This document shows, one piece after another, positions 51,239 through 60,963 of a DNA stretch of 64,000 nt. The stretch is taken from assembly GCA_963760885.1 (NCBI GenBank), contig CAVXEY010000008.1, positions 255,022-319,021 of the forward strand. The letters are read 5' to 3'. Below the pieces are notes generated by a model that worked only from the letters and a program-made list of their open reading frames with translations, ran no database searches and was not told where the DNA came from. The stretch is from an uncultured delta proteobacterium. Lineage in GTDB: Bacteria; Desulfobacterota; Deferrimicrobia; Deferrimicrobiales; Deferrimicrobiaceae. Position numbers and translations under genes: made by a program. Position 1 is the first letter of the stretch. Each line of letters begins with the position of its first letter.

Positions 51239-54237
51239 TCACGCCTTGTCGAGCACCTCCCGCACCTTCCTTGCGAGTGCCACCGGGGTGTACGGCTTAC
51301 CGATGAACGACACCCCCTCGTCCAGCACCCCGTGGCGCGTGATCGCGTCGTCCGTATATCCGGAGGTGAACAGAACCTTCATCTCCGGGTAGTGCAGGAC
51401 CAGTTGCGTCGCCAGTTCGCTTCCGTTCATCCCCGGCATCACCACGTCCGTCAGCAGCAAGTCGATCCGCATGCCGTTCGCTTCAGCTGACGCGACCGCC
51501 TCGAAACCGTTTCGGGCCTGCAGCACTTCGTACCCCAACCGCTCCAGGATTCGGGTGCACAAGTTCCGCACGATGTCTTCGTCCTCCACCACCAGCACCT
51601 TCTCCACCCCGCCGGGAAGGTTGGACCGCCGGTCGTCTTCCACCGGTTCGACGACCTCCCCTTCGACACGCGGCAGGTAGATCTTGATGGTCGTCCCGAT
51701 CCCGACCTCCGAGGACACCTCGATGGAGCCACCCGACTGATGTACCGCACCGTAGGCCGTCGCAAGACCCAGCCCCGTCCCGCTCCCACGCTCCTTCGTG
51801 GTGAAGAACGGCTCGAAGATCCGCGCCTTGACCTCTTCGCTCATCCCTTTCCCCGTGTCGCTTACCGCCAGCATCACGAACCGTCCCGGTTTGACGTATG
51901 GGTGAAGGGCACAGTACCCTTCGTCCAGGTCCACGTTCGCGGTCTCGATCGTGATCTTCCCGCCGTCCGGCATCGCATCCCGGGAGTTCACCACCAGATT
52001 CATCAGGATCTGCTGGAACTGCCCCGGGTCGACCTTCACCGATCCCGGGGATCCGCCGGTAATGGACTGCAACGCGATGTCCTCGCCGATCAGGCGCGTC
52101 AGCATCTTGTGCATCTCCGCCACCAGGCTGTCCAGGTGGAGAACCTTCGGCTCGATGATCTGCTTCCGGGAGAACGCCAGCAGCTGCTGCGTCAGCGACG
52201 CCGCACGCTCCCCCGCGCGCCGGATCTCCTCCACTTCCCCGTGCATCGGGTCTTCCTCCCCTATCTTCTGCAGCAGGAGCTCGCTGTACCCCGTGATCAC
52301 CGTCAGGAGGTTGTTGAAGTCGTGCGCCACGCCGCCCGCCAGACGGCCCACGGATTCCATCTTCTGCGACTGCTGAAACTGGTTCGCAAGCCGGAGGTGT
52401 TCCGTGATGTCCCGCTTGACGGCGACATAATTGACGATCTTTCCCCCACGTCGAACACCGGAGAGATCGTGGCGTCCTCGGTGTAGAAAGTGCCATCCTT
52501 GCGCTTGTTGACCATGCGCCCTTTCCAAGTGCTTCCTCCGGATATCGTCCCCCACATCCGGCGGTAGAACGCCTCGTCCTGGTTGCCGCTTTTGAGGATA
52601 CGCGGATTCTTCCCGATAGCCTCCACCACCGAATACCCCGTAATGCCTTCGAACGCCGGGTTGACGTACTGGATCGACCCTTCCTGGTCCGTGATGACAA
52701 TCGTCTCGACGGACTGCTCCACGGCCAGCGCAAGACGATTCCGATCCGTTTCCAGCTGGCGCCGATCCGTGATGTCCAACAACAACCCGTCGACGCTGGC
52801 GAAGACACCGCTTTCGTTGTAGAGCAACTGCCGCCTGTCCTCCAGCCACCGGATACTGCCGTCCTTGTGAAGGATTCTGTACTCCAGACAAAGGGTATCC
52901 AATCTTTTCTTTGTGGCCTTACGGAAGACTTCCTTGACTATCGCCAGGTCGTCCGGGTGGATGATCTCCTTCCATTTTGCGGTCCCGCTTGCGAACTCCT
53001 CCGGAATATGGCCCGTAGACTGTTCCACCTCGGCGCTGATGAAAGAAATCGACCAGTCCCGATGCCCCCGGTAGACAATCCCCGGGACGTTGTTTATCAA
53101 GGACGTAAGCTCCCGCTGCTTTGCCGTAAGATTATCAACCATGTTTCTGAATTCGGAAGCGAGGACGCCAACCTCGTCTTTTCTGTCACCGAGGGAGGGA
53201 GGTTCATAGACGTCGGTCCCGAACGTCTGCACCGCCCTGGTCAGTTTTCGAAGCGGAACCAAGTAGTGACTCACGAAGAAAAATCCCGATGCGACGATGA
53301 CGACCAGGTAAAGGAAGACCCGGATCTTGTTTGCAGACTCGAAAAAGGAGAGAAAGGATTGTTTGGGAACCGTTAACACCATGTAATACTGCGGATCCCG
53401 CGTGAACGAGAAGGGCCTTCGCACCGCGTAAAAAGACTTACCGGAGGAAGTGAAGGAAAGAAAGTCGGATCTTGCGCTATCGAACGCGTGGAACGCTGCC
53501 GAGAGATCCCGGTAACCGTCGTCCGAAATCCGTGGAAGCTCGTTCGAACCATTCCGGAGGATCCCGAGGAAATGATCCAAATCGGATGACGCAAGTATGT
53601 CTCCCTGCATGGAAACCAGGTTGATGGAAAGATCCGCATTCCTGCTCTTGAGACCCGAAACGAACTGGGAAAGGTCCTTGAGCATGACATCCGCGCCGAT
53701 CACCCCGGGAGGGCCGCTCGTTCCGTGGTCGATCGCCATGGACGCCGTGATCCCGATATCGCGGGTGGTGCGGAAAATGTAGGGGTAGCTCCAGTGGATC
53801 CCCGGGGAACCGACCGCGTCCGCATACCACGGCCTGACCCTGGGGTCGTAATCATCCTTCCGTTGTTCCTGCGACAAGACCTTTCCATCGTCGTCGACGA
53901 AAACCCACGTGACGATCCCCTTGTCCCCCCCTTTCCTGATCCGGTTTCTCCACCGCCCCGACTCAAGCAGGATGAGATACCCATTGCCGGCCGAATCACC
54001 GTAATTGATGGAGGTGATGTGCGGATGCGCCTCCATGTGCTCCATGAAAAACCCGTTCGCGGACCGGAAGTCGGAAAAGTCGAGCGCCCTCCGCGCAGCG
54101 AAATTCCCCGTATTGCGAAGAGTATCTTCCGTGGACTTGCGGATGGACGCAACCTCGTGTTCGACGATCTCGGCGGTCAGGCGTAATACTTCCCTGCTCG
54201 CCCTTTTCGCGGTCGACACGGATACGACATATTGCAA
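51239..54237 (-). pseudogene. Second tandem hybrid sensor histidine kinase (paralog of 48363-50995) with a homopolymer frameshift and an N-terminal lesion
   Basis: Sensor/PAS ORF 52303-54237 and HisKA-HATPase-REC ORF 51239-52891 overlap. The frame changes at a G5A3 run near 52455. The first TM (RFGLLEAFLLFVVFLF) lies upstream of the annotated TTG and is cut off from any ATG by an in-frame stop at ~54316. Confidence 0.75.
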
Positions 54238-54535
54238 TGCCGTGTCCGCGAGGAACAGGAATACGACGAACAGAAGAAATGCCTCGAGGAGGCCGAACCG
54301 GTGCCTTTTTATCGGTTATTTCCCCCGATCGTTCACTTTCGACCTCCGCGGCATCTTTCCACGTGGTTACTTATCGGCACAACCAACCCATAAATTGCAT
54401 GATCCTTTCCTCTTGATAAAAATGGAGGTTTCCCACGGGATCTGCCCGGAGTGCATGGAGAAGCTCTACGTGGCCGGAGGGAGTCCCACCGAAAGTTGAC
54501 GTGCGAGCCACAAATTAGCCGCTCGAGTCGTATTC

Positions 54536-54578
54536 AAGAAAAAAGGGACCTCGGCGGAAAGCCGAAATCCCTTTTGGT
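54536..54578 (-). terminator. Hairpin plus T-run downstream of tRNA-Leu (minus strand)
   Basis: GGGATTTCGGC...GCCGAGGTCCC followed by TTTTTT on the minus strand. Confidence 0.5.
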
Positions 54579-54585
54579 ATTGCGA

Positions 54586-54670
54586 TGGTGCCGAAGGCGG
54601 GATTTGAACCCGCACGGGTTTCCCCACCACCCCCTCAAGATGGCGTGTCTGCCAGTTCCACCACTTCGGC
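54586..54670 (-). tRNA. tRNA-Leu (anticodon GAG) with long variable arm and encoded CCA
   Basis: Cloverleaf folded by hand: acceptor GCCGAAG/CTTCGGC, anticodon stem CCATC/GGTGG with loop TTGAGGG, T-arm CGGGTTCAAATCCCG, 3' ACCA. Confidence 0.85.
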
Positions 54671-54799
54671 ATGCGGCAGGAAAAACATCTTAATCCACGG
54701 CGCCGCGCAAAATCAAGACGAAGATAAGGTTTCCCTGTTAAAATGGACCCCGAACCTGTACTCTTTTCCGGGAAATCTCATACCTTTCGGGGGACGGTC

Positions 54800-56638
54800 A
54801 TGGCGGACGAAGAAGCGCCGCGTCGCGGGGGCTTGTACCGGAACGCAATCAGTCTTGTAGGGGCGATGATCTCGGGGGGAAGCATCCTCCTCATCATCTT
54901 CGCGCTCGCGCTCGAATACAGCGGCAAGCGGCCCAGCCCCTACATCGGCATCTTCACCTACATGATCTTCCCGATGTTCTTCGCCGTGGGCGGCGCCGTC
55001 TTCCTGTACGGGATGCGCCACGAGAGCTTGCGCCGACGCAAGGCGGGAAGCGAAGACGCCCTCCCGTATCCCCTCATCGACCTGAACATCCCGAGGCACC
55101 GGAAACGGTTCATCTACGTCGTTCTCGGGGGAACGTTTCTCTCCGTGTTCATGGCCTTCATCACGTACAACGCATTCCTGTACAGCGAGTCCGTCCCGTT
55201 CTGCGGCACCCTGTGCCACACGGTGATGAAGCCCGAATACACGTCCTACCTCGCATCCCCCCATGCGCGCGTGGCCTGCGTGGATTGCCACGTCGGGCGC
55301 GGCGCCTCCTGGTACGTCAAGGCAAAGATCTCGGGGCTGCGCCAGGTGATCGCCGTGCTGACGAAGTCGTACCCCACTCCAATTCCCACCCCGATCGAGA
55401 ACCTGCGCCCCGCGCGGGAGACGTGCGAGGAGTGCCACTGGCCCGCCAAATTCTTCGGGACCCAGCTGATGCAGAACCCCCACTTCCGGTACAACGAGGC
55501 GAACACGGCGGAGCAGATCAGCATCGGTGTGAAGACGGGGGGCGGCAGTTCGACGCTGGGCGGGAACGCCGGGATCCACTGGCACATGATCATCAAGAAC
55601 CGGGTCAGCTACATCGCGTTGGACCGGCAGAAGCAGGAGATCCCGTATCTCGAGGTCCGCGACAGGCAGGGGAACCTCGAGGAGGTGTACACCAGCCTCG
55701 ACTACCAGGGGACCAAGGAGCAGCTCGAGGCCCTCCCCAAGAACGTCATGGACTGCATGGACTGCCACAACCGGCCCACGCACATCTACCCCCCCCCGGA
55801 CACCGCCGTGGACCGCGCCATGACCACGGGGCTCATCCCGCGGACGCTCCCCTGGGCCAAGAAGGTGGTCGTGGACGCGCTGGTTCGTGAATACCCGACG
55901 ACCGAAAAGGCCCACGAGGGGCTCACCGCCGAGATCGAGGGGTATTACCGCCAGAAGTACCCCTCCGTGTTCCAGGCGCGCAAGGCCGACGTGGACATGA
56001 CCGTCGCCCAGGCGATCGCCATCTTCGACCGGAGCGTCTTTCCCGCCATGAAGGTGAACTGGAAGACGTACAACTCCAACATCGGGCACCGGAACTGGCC
56101 CGGATGCTTCCGGTGCCACGACGGGCGGCACGTTTCCAGGTCCGGCAAGGCCCTGAGCATGGGGTGCACCGATTGCCACACCATGCCGGAGCGGGGACCG
56201 CTGATGCCGCTTGGATTCATATCCACCGCCGGGAAGATGCCGTGGCACCCCGTGGAACTGCAGGGGAAACACGCCCGGATCCTGTGCAACCAGTGCCACT
56301 CCGCGGGCTATCGCCCGCCGACCGAGTGCGCCGAATGCCACAAGTTCGACACCGGAGTCCCGATGATGAAGATGGCGTGCGCGGATTGCCATCAGAAACC
56401 GGGGGAGGTGAAACCTCTCACCGCGTGCAAGGAGTGCCACGACACGCTTCGGGGGCTGCACACGAAGGGCGGACACCCCGATGCCGCCTGCACGGATTGC
56501 CACAAGCCGCACGTCTGGGTGGTCACGGGCCGCGACACGTGCCTTGCGTGCCACAGCGACATGAAGGAGCACAACGCGCCCAAGCCGTGCGCCGGGTGCC
56601 ACGACTTCCGCAAGAAGGCCGGGGCGAAATCCGGCTAG
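54800..56638 (+). CDS. Inner-membrane multiheme c-type cytochrome (13 CXXCH), NapC/NirT- or ImcH-like
   Basis: Three N-terminal TM helices, then 13 CXXCH motifs (CGTLCH, CVDCH, CEECH, CMDCH, CFRCH, CTDCH, CNQCH, CAECH, CADCH, CKECH, CTDCH, CLACH, CAGCH). ATG 54800 follows a GGGGGA RBS. Confidence 0.85.
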   Translation: MADEEAPRRGGLYRNAISLVGAMISGGSILLIIFALALEYSGKRPSPYIGIFTYMIFPMFFAVGGAVFLYGMRHESLRRRKAGSEDALPYPLIDLNIPRHRKRFIYVVLGGTFLSVFMAFITYNAFLYSESVPFCGTLCHTVMKPEYTSYLASPHARVACVDCHVGRGASWYVKAKISGLRQVIAVLTKSYPTPIPTPIENLRPARETCEECHWPAKFFGTQLMQNPHFRYNEANTAEQISIGVKTGGGSSTLGGNAGIHWHMIIKNRVSYIALDRQKQEIPYLEVRDRQGNLEEVYTSLDYQGTKEQLEALPKNVMDCMDCHNRPTHIYPPPDTAVDRAMTTGLIPRTLPWAKKVVVDALVREYPTTEKAHEGLTAEIEGYYRQKYPSVFQARKADVDMTVAQAIAIFDRSVFPAMKVNWKTYNSNIGHRNWPGCFRCHDGRHVSRSGKALSMGCTDCHTMPERGPLMPLGFISTAGKMPWHPVELQGKHARILCNQCHSAGYRPPTECAECHKFDTGVPMMKMACADCHQKPGEVKPLTACKECHDTLRGLHTKGGHPDAACTDCHKPHVWVVTGRDTCLACHSDMKEHNAPKPCAGCHDFRKKAGAKSG

Positions 56639-56648
56639 CTTAGTGGCC

Positions 56649-56780
56649 CATTTCATAAATACGGGAACGTATCCGGATGCACATCGAAGCGGGATACCCC
56701 TTCCGAGCGGGCGTGAGGGAGGGAGTATCACGCGGAGAGAGAGGCGCCTCCGGGTGAAATGTACCCGTAATTGTGAAATG
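56649..56780. mobile_element. MITE-like repeat element copy C (132 bp) with 22-bp imperfect TIRs
   Basis: Left CATTTCATAAATACGGGAACGT versus right reverse-complement CATTTCACAATTACGGGTACAT (18 of 22 match). Internal gggagtatcacgcggagagagaggcgcctcc matches copy A. Confidence 0.55.
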
Positions 56781-56794
56781 GAGCACTTGGGGGG

Positions 56795-58045
56795 TTACTT
56801 TTCCGGGATCGGGGGATCGTTGCGGGGAAGCGACCCGGGGACGATCCCCCCGGGTCCGAACTTCTCCCGGATCCGGTCCACCGCGCGGTTGAGCCTTTCC
56901 TTTTTCTCCGGGTCCGCGGCGACCGGGGGCTGGACTTTCCCGGCGCGCGGCCGGCCGAAGAGACCGAGCTGCTCCATCCGGTCCTTCCTCGGCGGATCCG
57001 CCGCCGGGACGAGCTTCGACGCCGAGATCCCGAGGAGCCGCACGGGCCGGGCGCCCGCCTCGGTGTCGAGCAGCAGGTCGAGCGCGCACCGGTAGATCGT
57101 TCCACCGTCGTCGGTGGGGTCGGACAGGGTGATCGCACGGGTCACCTGGACGAAGTCGTGGTACTTCACCTTAAGCGTGACCGTTTTCCCGCGGATCCCC
57201 CCGCGACGCAGGCGCGACGACACCCGGTCGGCAAGCGAGAGCAGCTCCCTACGCATCGCCCCGCGATCGCGCAGGTCGTGGTCATAGGTGTCTTCGTGGC
57301 CGACCGACTTCGCCTCGTGTTCCGTCTCGACGGGGCGGTCGTCGATCCCGCGGGCCAGTTCGTGGAGGTGCTCCCCGTTCGCGCCGAAGGTTCGCGCCAG
57401 CGTCTCCCGCGACGCGCGGCGCAGGTCGCCGATCGTCCGGATCCCCCGCCTCAGGAGCGCCTCCTCCGTCACCTTCCCCACACCCCACAGCTTCCCCACC
57501 GGGAGAGGGTCCAGGAAATCCTGCTCCGTTCCGGGGGGGACGACGACGAGGCCGTCGGGTTTCCCGAGATCCGACGCGATCTTCGCGAGGAACTTGTTCC
57601 GGGCCACGCCGGCGGAAACGGTCAGCCCCGTCTCTTCCCGCACCGCCGCCTTGATCTTGCGCGCCGCCACCTCCGCGCCCCCGAAGAGCCGCTCGCACCC
57701 CGTGACGTCGAGGAACGCCTCGTCGATGGAGAGCGGCTCCACCAGGGGGGAGAACCGCCGGTAGATCGCGAAGACCGCGTCGGACATCTCCGAGTAGCGG
57801 GACATGCGGACGGGAAGAAAGATCCCCTTCGGGCAGAGCCGCTTCGCCGTCGCCGTCGGCATCGCCGAGTGCACCCCGAATCCGCGCGCCTCGTACGAGG
57901 CCGCCGCCACGACGCCCCGACGCTCGTCGCCGCCGACGATCACCGGCTTCCCCCGGAGTTCCGGGCGGTCCAGCGCCTCGACCGAGGTGTAGAACGCGTC
58001 GAGATCGAGGTGCAGGATGCTCCGGTTCGCGGGAGGCGCGTTCAT
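56795..58045 (-). CDS. dinB: DNA polymerase IV (DinB, Y-family)
   Basis: Translation begins ILHLDLDAFYTSVE, followed by the palm/finger motifs and GIGDLRR. The real ATG start at 58045 overlaps the lipA stop (ATGA). The long upstream ORF extension is GC-rich noise. Confidence 0.9.
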   Translation of the reverse strand: MNAPPANRSILHLDLDAFYTSVEALDRPELRGKPVIVGGDERRGVVAAASYEARGFGVHSAMPTATAKRLCPKGIFLPVRMSRYSEMSDAVFAIYRRFSPLVEPLSIDEAFLDVTGCERLFGGAEVAARKIKAAVREETGLTVSAGVARNKFLAKIASDLGKPDGLVVVPPGTEQDFLDPLPVGKLWGVGKVTEEALLRRGIRTIGDLRRASRETLARTFGANGEHLHELARGIDDRPVETEHEAKSVGHEDTYDHDLRDRGAMRRELLSLADRVSSRLRRGGIRGKTVTLKVKYHDFVQVTRAITLSDPTDDGGTIYRCALDLLLDTEAGARPVRLLGISASKLVPAADPPRKDRMEQLGLFGRPRAGKVQPPVAADPEKKERLNRAVDRIREKFGPGGIVPGSLPRNDPPIPEK

Positions 58046-58896
58046 GCCGGGGAGTGCGGGTGGTAGGAGCTTCGGACGAGAGGTCCGGACAGGACGCGGT
58101 CGAAGCCGATCCCGCGCGCCGATTCCGCGAGGAGGTCGAACCGTTCCGGGGGGACGTATTCGGACAGCGGCAGATGCTCCCTGGAAGGCGGCAGGTATTG
58201 CCCCACCGTGATCGAACGGCACCCCGCGGCGAAAAGGTCCCGGAAGACCGCGGCCACCTCCCCCTCGCTCTCCCCGAATCCGACCATGATCCCGGACTTC
58301 AGCAGCAGGGAGGGACGCATCGCGGCGGCGCGGCGGAAGAGCTCCAGGGACCGGCCGAACGAAGCCCCCTTCCGGACCACCGGGTAGAGGCGGGGGACGG
58401 TCTCCACGTTGTGGGCGAGGATGTCGGGGGCGGAGTCGACGACGCACCGCAACGCGTCCGCGTTTCCGGCGAAGTCCGGGACCAGCAGCTCGACGACGGC
58501 CCCCGGGGCTCCGCGCCGCAGCGCGCGCACCACGGAGGCGAAGTGCGCCGCTCCCCCGTCGGGAAGATCGTCCCGGGTGACGGAGGTGACGACCACGTGC
58601 CGCCAGGAGAGCTCCGCCGCCGCCTTCGCCACGCGATCGGGCTCGGAGGGATCCGGCGGGGAGGGCGTCCCCGCGGTCACGCCGCAGAAGGCGCAACCCC
58701 TCGTGCACACGTCCCCCAGCAGGATCACGGTCGCCGCCCCGGCCCCCCAGCACTCCCCGACATTGGGGCACCGCGCTTCGCGGCACACCGTGCGGAGACC
58801 GTGCCGGGCGAGCGTCCCCGACACCTCCTCCACCCGTTTTCCGGAAGGGGCGCGGACTTTCAGCCAGTCGGGACGCGGGGCGCGGTCCGGGCTCAC
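58042..58896 (-). CDS. lipA: Lipoyl synthase
   Basis: Begins RPDWLKVRAPSG and carries CPNVGECW and the radical SAM CTRGCAFC. GTG start overlaps the lipB stop. Confidence 0.9.
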   Translation of the reverse strand: MSPDRAPRPDWLKVRAPSGKRVEEVSGTLARHGLRTVCREARCPNVGECWGAGAATVILLGDVCTRGCAFCGVTAGTPSPPDPSEPDRVAKAAAELSWRHVVVTSVTRDDLPDGGAAHFASVVRALRRGAPGAVVELLVPDFAGNADALRCVVDSAPDILAHNVETVPRLYPVVRKGASFGRSLELFRRAAAMRPSLLLKSGIMVGFGESEGEVAAVFRDLFAAGCRSITVGQYLPPSREHLPLSEYVPPERFDLLAESARGIGFDRVLSGPLVRSSYHPHSPA

Positions 58897-59519
58897 GCGA
58901 ACCCCTCGAGATACCGGTTGCAGGAGGCGGCCACCGCCTCGCGCACCGCCTCCATCGCCGGGGCGCTCCCCGTCTCCTCGGCGATCGACGTCGCTTCCCG
59001 CCCCTTCAGGCCGCAGAGGTGGATCCGACGGAACCGGGAAAGATCGGTCGTCACGTTCAGGGCGAAGCCGTGGTAGGTGACCCACTTCCGGATGCCGACG
59101 CCGATGGAGGCGATTTTGCGCTCCCCCGCCCACACGCCCGTCAGCCCGTCGATCCGCCGGGACTCCACGCCGAACACGCGCACGGCGTCGATCAGCGCCG
59201 CCTCGATCGACCGGACGAACTTGTGGACGTCCGGCTTCTCCATCAGGACGATCGGGTATCCGACCAGCTGCCCCGGACCGTGGTAGGTGATGTCTCCGCC
59301 CCTTCCGACGCGCTCCACCGAGATCCCCTCCGCCGCGAGCGATTCCCTCGGGACGAGCAGGTTCGCCTCGTCCCCGGCGCGGCCCAGGGTGTAAACGTGC
59401 GGGTGGGTGAGAAGAAGGAGGGTGTCCGGGATCCGCCGGGTCGCCCTGCGGTCCAGGCAGGAGAGCTGCAGGTCGAGCGCCTCCCGATACGCGACCTCCC
59501 CCAGCCAGACGGTTTCCAC
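58893..59519 (-). CDS. lipB: Octanoyl/lipoyl transferase
   Basis: HPHVYTLGRAG, GGDITYHGPGQ, and the catalytic K in the GIGIRKWVTYHGFALN region. Confidence 0.85.
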   Translation of the reverse strand: METVWLGEVAYREALDLQLSCLDRRATRRIPDTLLLLTHPHVYTLGRAGDEANLLVPRESLAAEGISVERVGRGGDITYHGPGQLVGYPIVLMEKPDVHKFVRSIEAALIDAVRVFGVESRRIDGLTGVWAGERKIASIGVGIRKWVTYHGFALNVTTDLSRFRRIHLCGLKGREATSIAEETGSAPAMEAVREAVAASCNRYLEGFA

Positions 59520-59549
59520 GGAGCGCCCTTTCGGCCGGGTTCCCCGCCT

Positions 59550-60944
59550 CTACGGGAAATCCCCCGCCTCGAGGATCTCCCGGACACGGTACAGGAAGCC
59601 GTTTCCCGCCACGCCGTCGATGACGCGGTGGTCGTACGCGCAGCAGAGGTACATCATCGGCCGGATGACGATGGAGTCTTCGCCGTCCACGTCGATCACC
59701 ACGGGGCGCTTCACGATCTGCCCCAGCCGGAGGACCCCCACCTGCGGCTGGTTGATGATCGGGGTGCCGAAGAGGTTCCCCCGGATCCCCGGGTTGGTGA
59801 TGCTGAAGGTGCCCCCCGAGAGCTCGTCCGGCGAGATCTTCCCCGACTTCGCCCGCGCGCCGAAGTCGTCCATCGCCGCGGAGATCTCCTTCAGGGACAT
59901 CCGGTCCGCGTGGCGCAGCACGGGGACGAGCAGCCCTTTTTCGGTGTCGACGGCGACGGCGATGTGGATGTCCTTTTTCAGCACCGTGCTCTCTTCGGAC
60001 ACGGTCGCGTTCATGATCGGGGTCTCCCGCAGCGCCTTCGCCGCGGCGTGGATCACGAACGGAAGGTAGGTGAGGTTCACGCCCTCCTTTTTCGCCCTGG
60101 CCCGCGCCCCCACCACCCGGTGCATGTCCACCTCGGCGAAGATGTGGACGTGGGGCGAGGTGTGCTTGCTCCGGACCATGTGGTCGGCGATCTTCTTCCG
60201 GATCGGCGTCCACGGCACGACCTGGTCCCCCCCGGGCTTGCCCTCCGCAGCTTTAGCGGCAACGGGCTTCCCCTCCGCGGCCTTCGGGACGACGGCCTTG
60301 CCCTCCGTAGCCTTGGCGGCAACGGGCTTGCCCTCCGCGGCCTTCGGGACGACGGCCTTGCCCTCCGTAGTCTTGGCGGCAACGGGCTTCCCCTCCGCGG
60401 CTTTCGGCTTCCTCGCAGAGGCGCCGGAAGCCAGATACCCCTCCACGTCCTTCCGCGTCACCCGTCCGTCGATGCCGGTCCCGGGGATCTTCGACAGGTC
60501 CAGGTCGTGCTCGGCGGCCATCCGGGCCACCACGGGGGTGATCCGGACCCGGCCGGTCGCCGGGGGCGGCGGCGCGGGGGCGGACGGTTCGACGCGCGGG
60601 GGCGCGGGGATCGGCGGTCCCGACGTACGCGCCATGTGCCCGGGGAACCCCTCGGTCTCCTCGTCCCATTTCGGCGCCGCTTCGGGCGCGGGCTGGGACG
60701 CCGCCGCGTCCGTCTGGAGTTTCGCCAGCACCGCCAGAACGGGGACCGTCTCGCCCGGCTTGACCAGGATCTGCGCGACCCGCCCCGCGGACGGCGAGGG
60801 GATCTCCGCGTCCACCTTGTCCGTGGAGATCTCGAGCAGGGGCTGGTCCTTGGCGACCAGATCCCCCACCTCCACGAGCCACTTCACCACGACCCCTTCC
60901 ACCACGCTCTCCCCGAGCTGGGGCATCACGACGTCGATGAGCAT
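59550..60944 (-). CDS. 2-oxoacid dehydrogenase E2 dihydrolipoamide acyltransferase
   Basis: Lipoyl domain (EISTDKVDAEIPSP), peripheral subunit-binding domain, a repetitive Ala/Pro/Lys linker, and the catalytic domain ending DHRVIDG. AAGGAG RBS. Confidence 0.9.
   Translation of the reverse strand: MLIDVVMPQLGESVVEGVVVKWLVEVGDLVAKDQPLLEISTDKVDAEIPSPSAGRVAQILVKPGETVPVLAVLAKLQTDAAASQPAPEAAPKWDEETEGFPGHMARTSGPPIPAPPRVEPSAPAPPPPATGRVRITPVVARMAAEHDLDLSKIPGTGIDGRVTRKDVEGYLASGASARKPKAAEGKPVAAKTTEGKAVVPKAAEGKPVAAKATEGKAVVPKAAEGKPVAAKAAEGKPGGDQVVPWTPIRKKIADHMVRSKHTSPHVHIFAEVDMHRVVGARARAKKEGVNLTYLPFVIHAAAKALRETPIMNATVSEESTVLKKDIHIAVAVDTEKGLLVPVLRHADRMSLKEISAAMDDFGARAKSGKISPDELSGGTFSITNPGIRGNLFGTPIINQPQVGVLRLGQIVKRPVVIDVDGEDSIVIRPMMYLCCAYDHRVIDGVAGNGFLYRVREILEAGDFP
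60235..60420. repeat. 48-nt tandem repeat (3.5 units) encoding the repeated AAEGKPVAAKxTEGKAVVPK linker of E2
   Basis: Direct reading of near-identical 48-nt units gccctccg(c/t)ag(c/t)cttggcggcaacgggcttgccctccgcggccttcgggacgacggcctt. Confidence 0.7.
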
Positions 60945-60963
60945 CGCTTCACGCTCCTTGCGT

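Noticed and set aside
54421-54498. 26-aa ORF MEVSHGICPECMEKLYVAGGSPTES with CPEC motif between HK3 and tRNA-Leu
   Set aside because: No RBS, single CxxC only. It sits within the likely promoter/leader of the histidine kinase gene.
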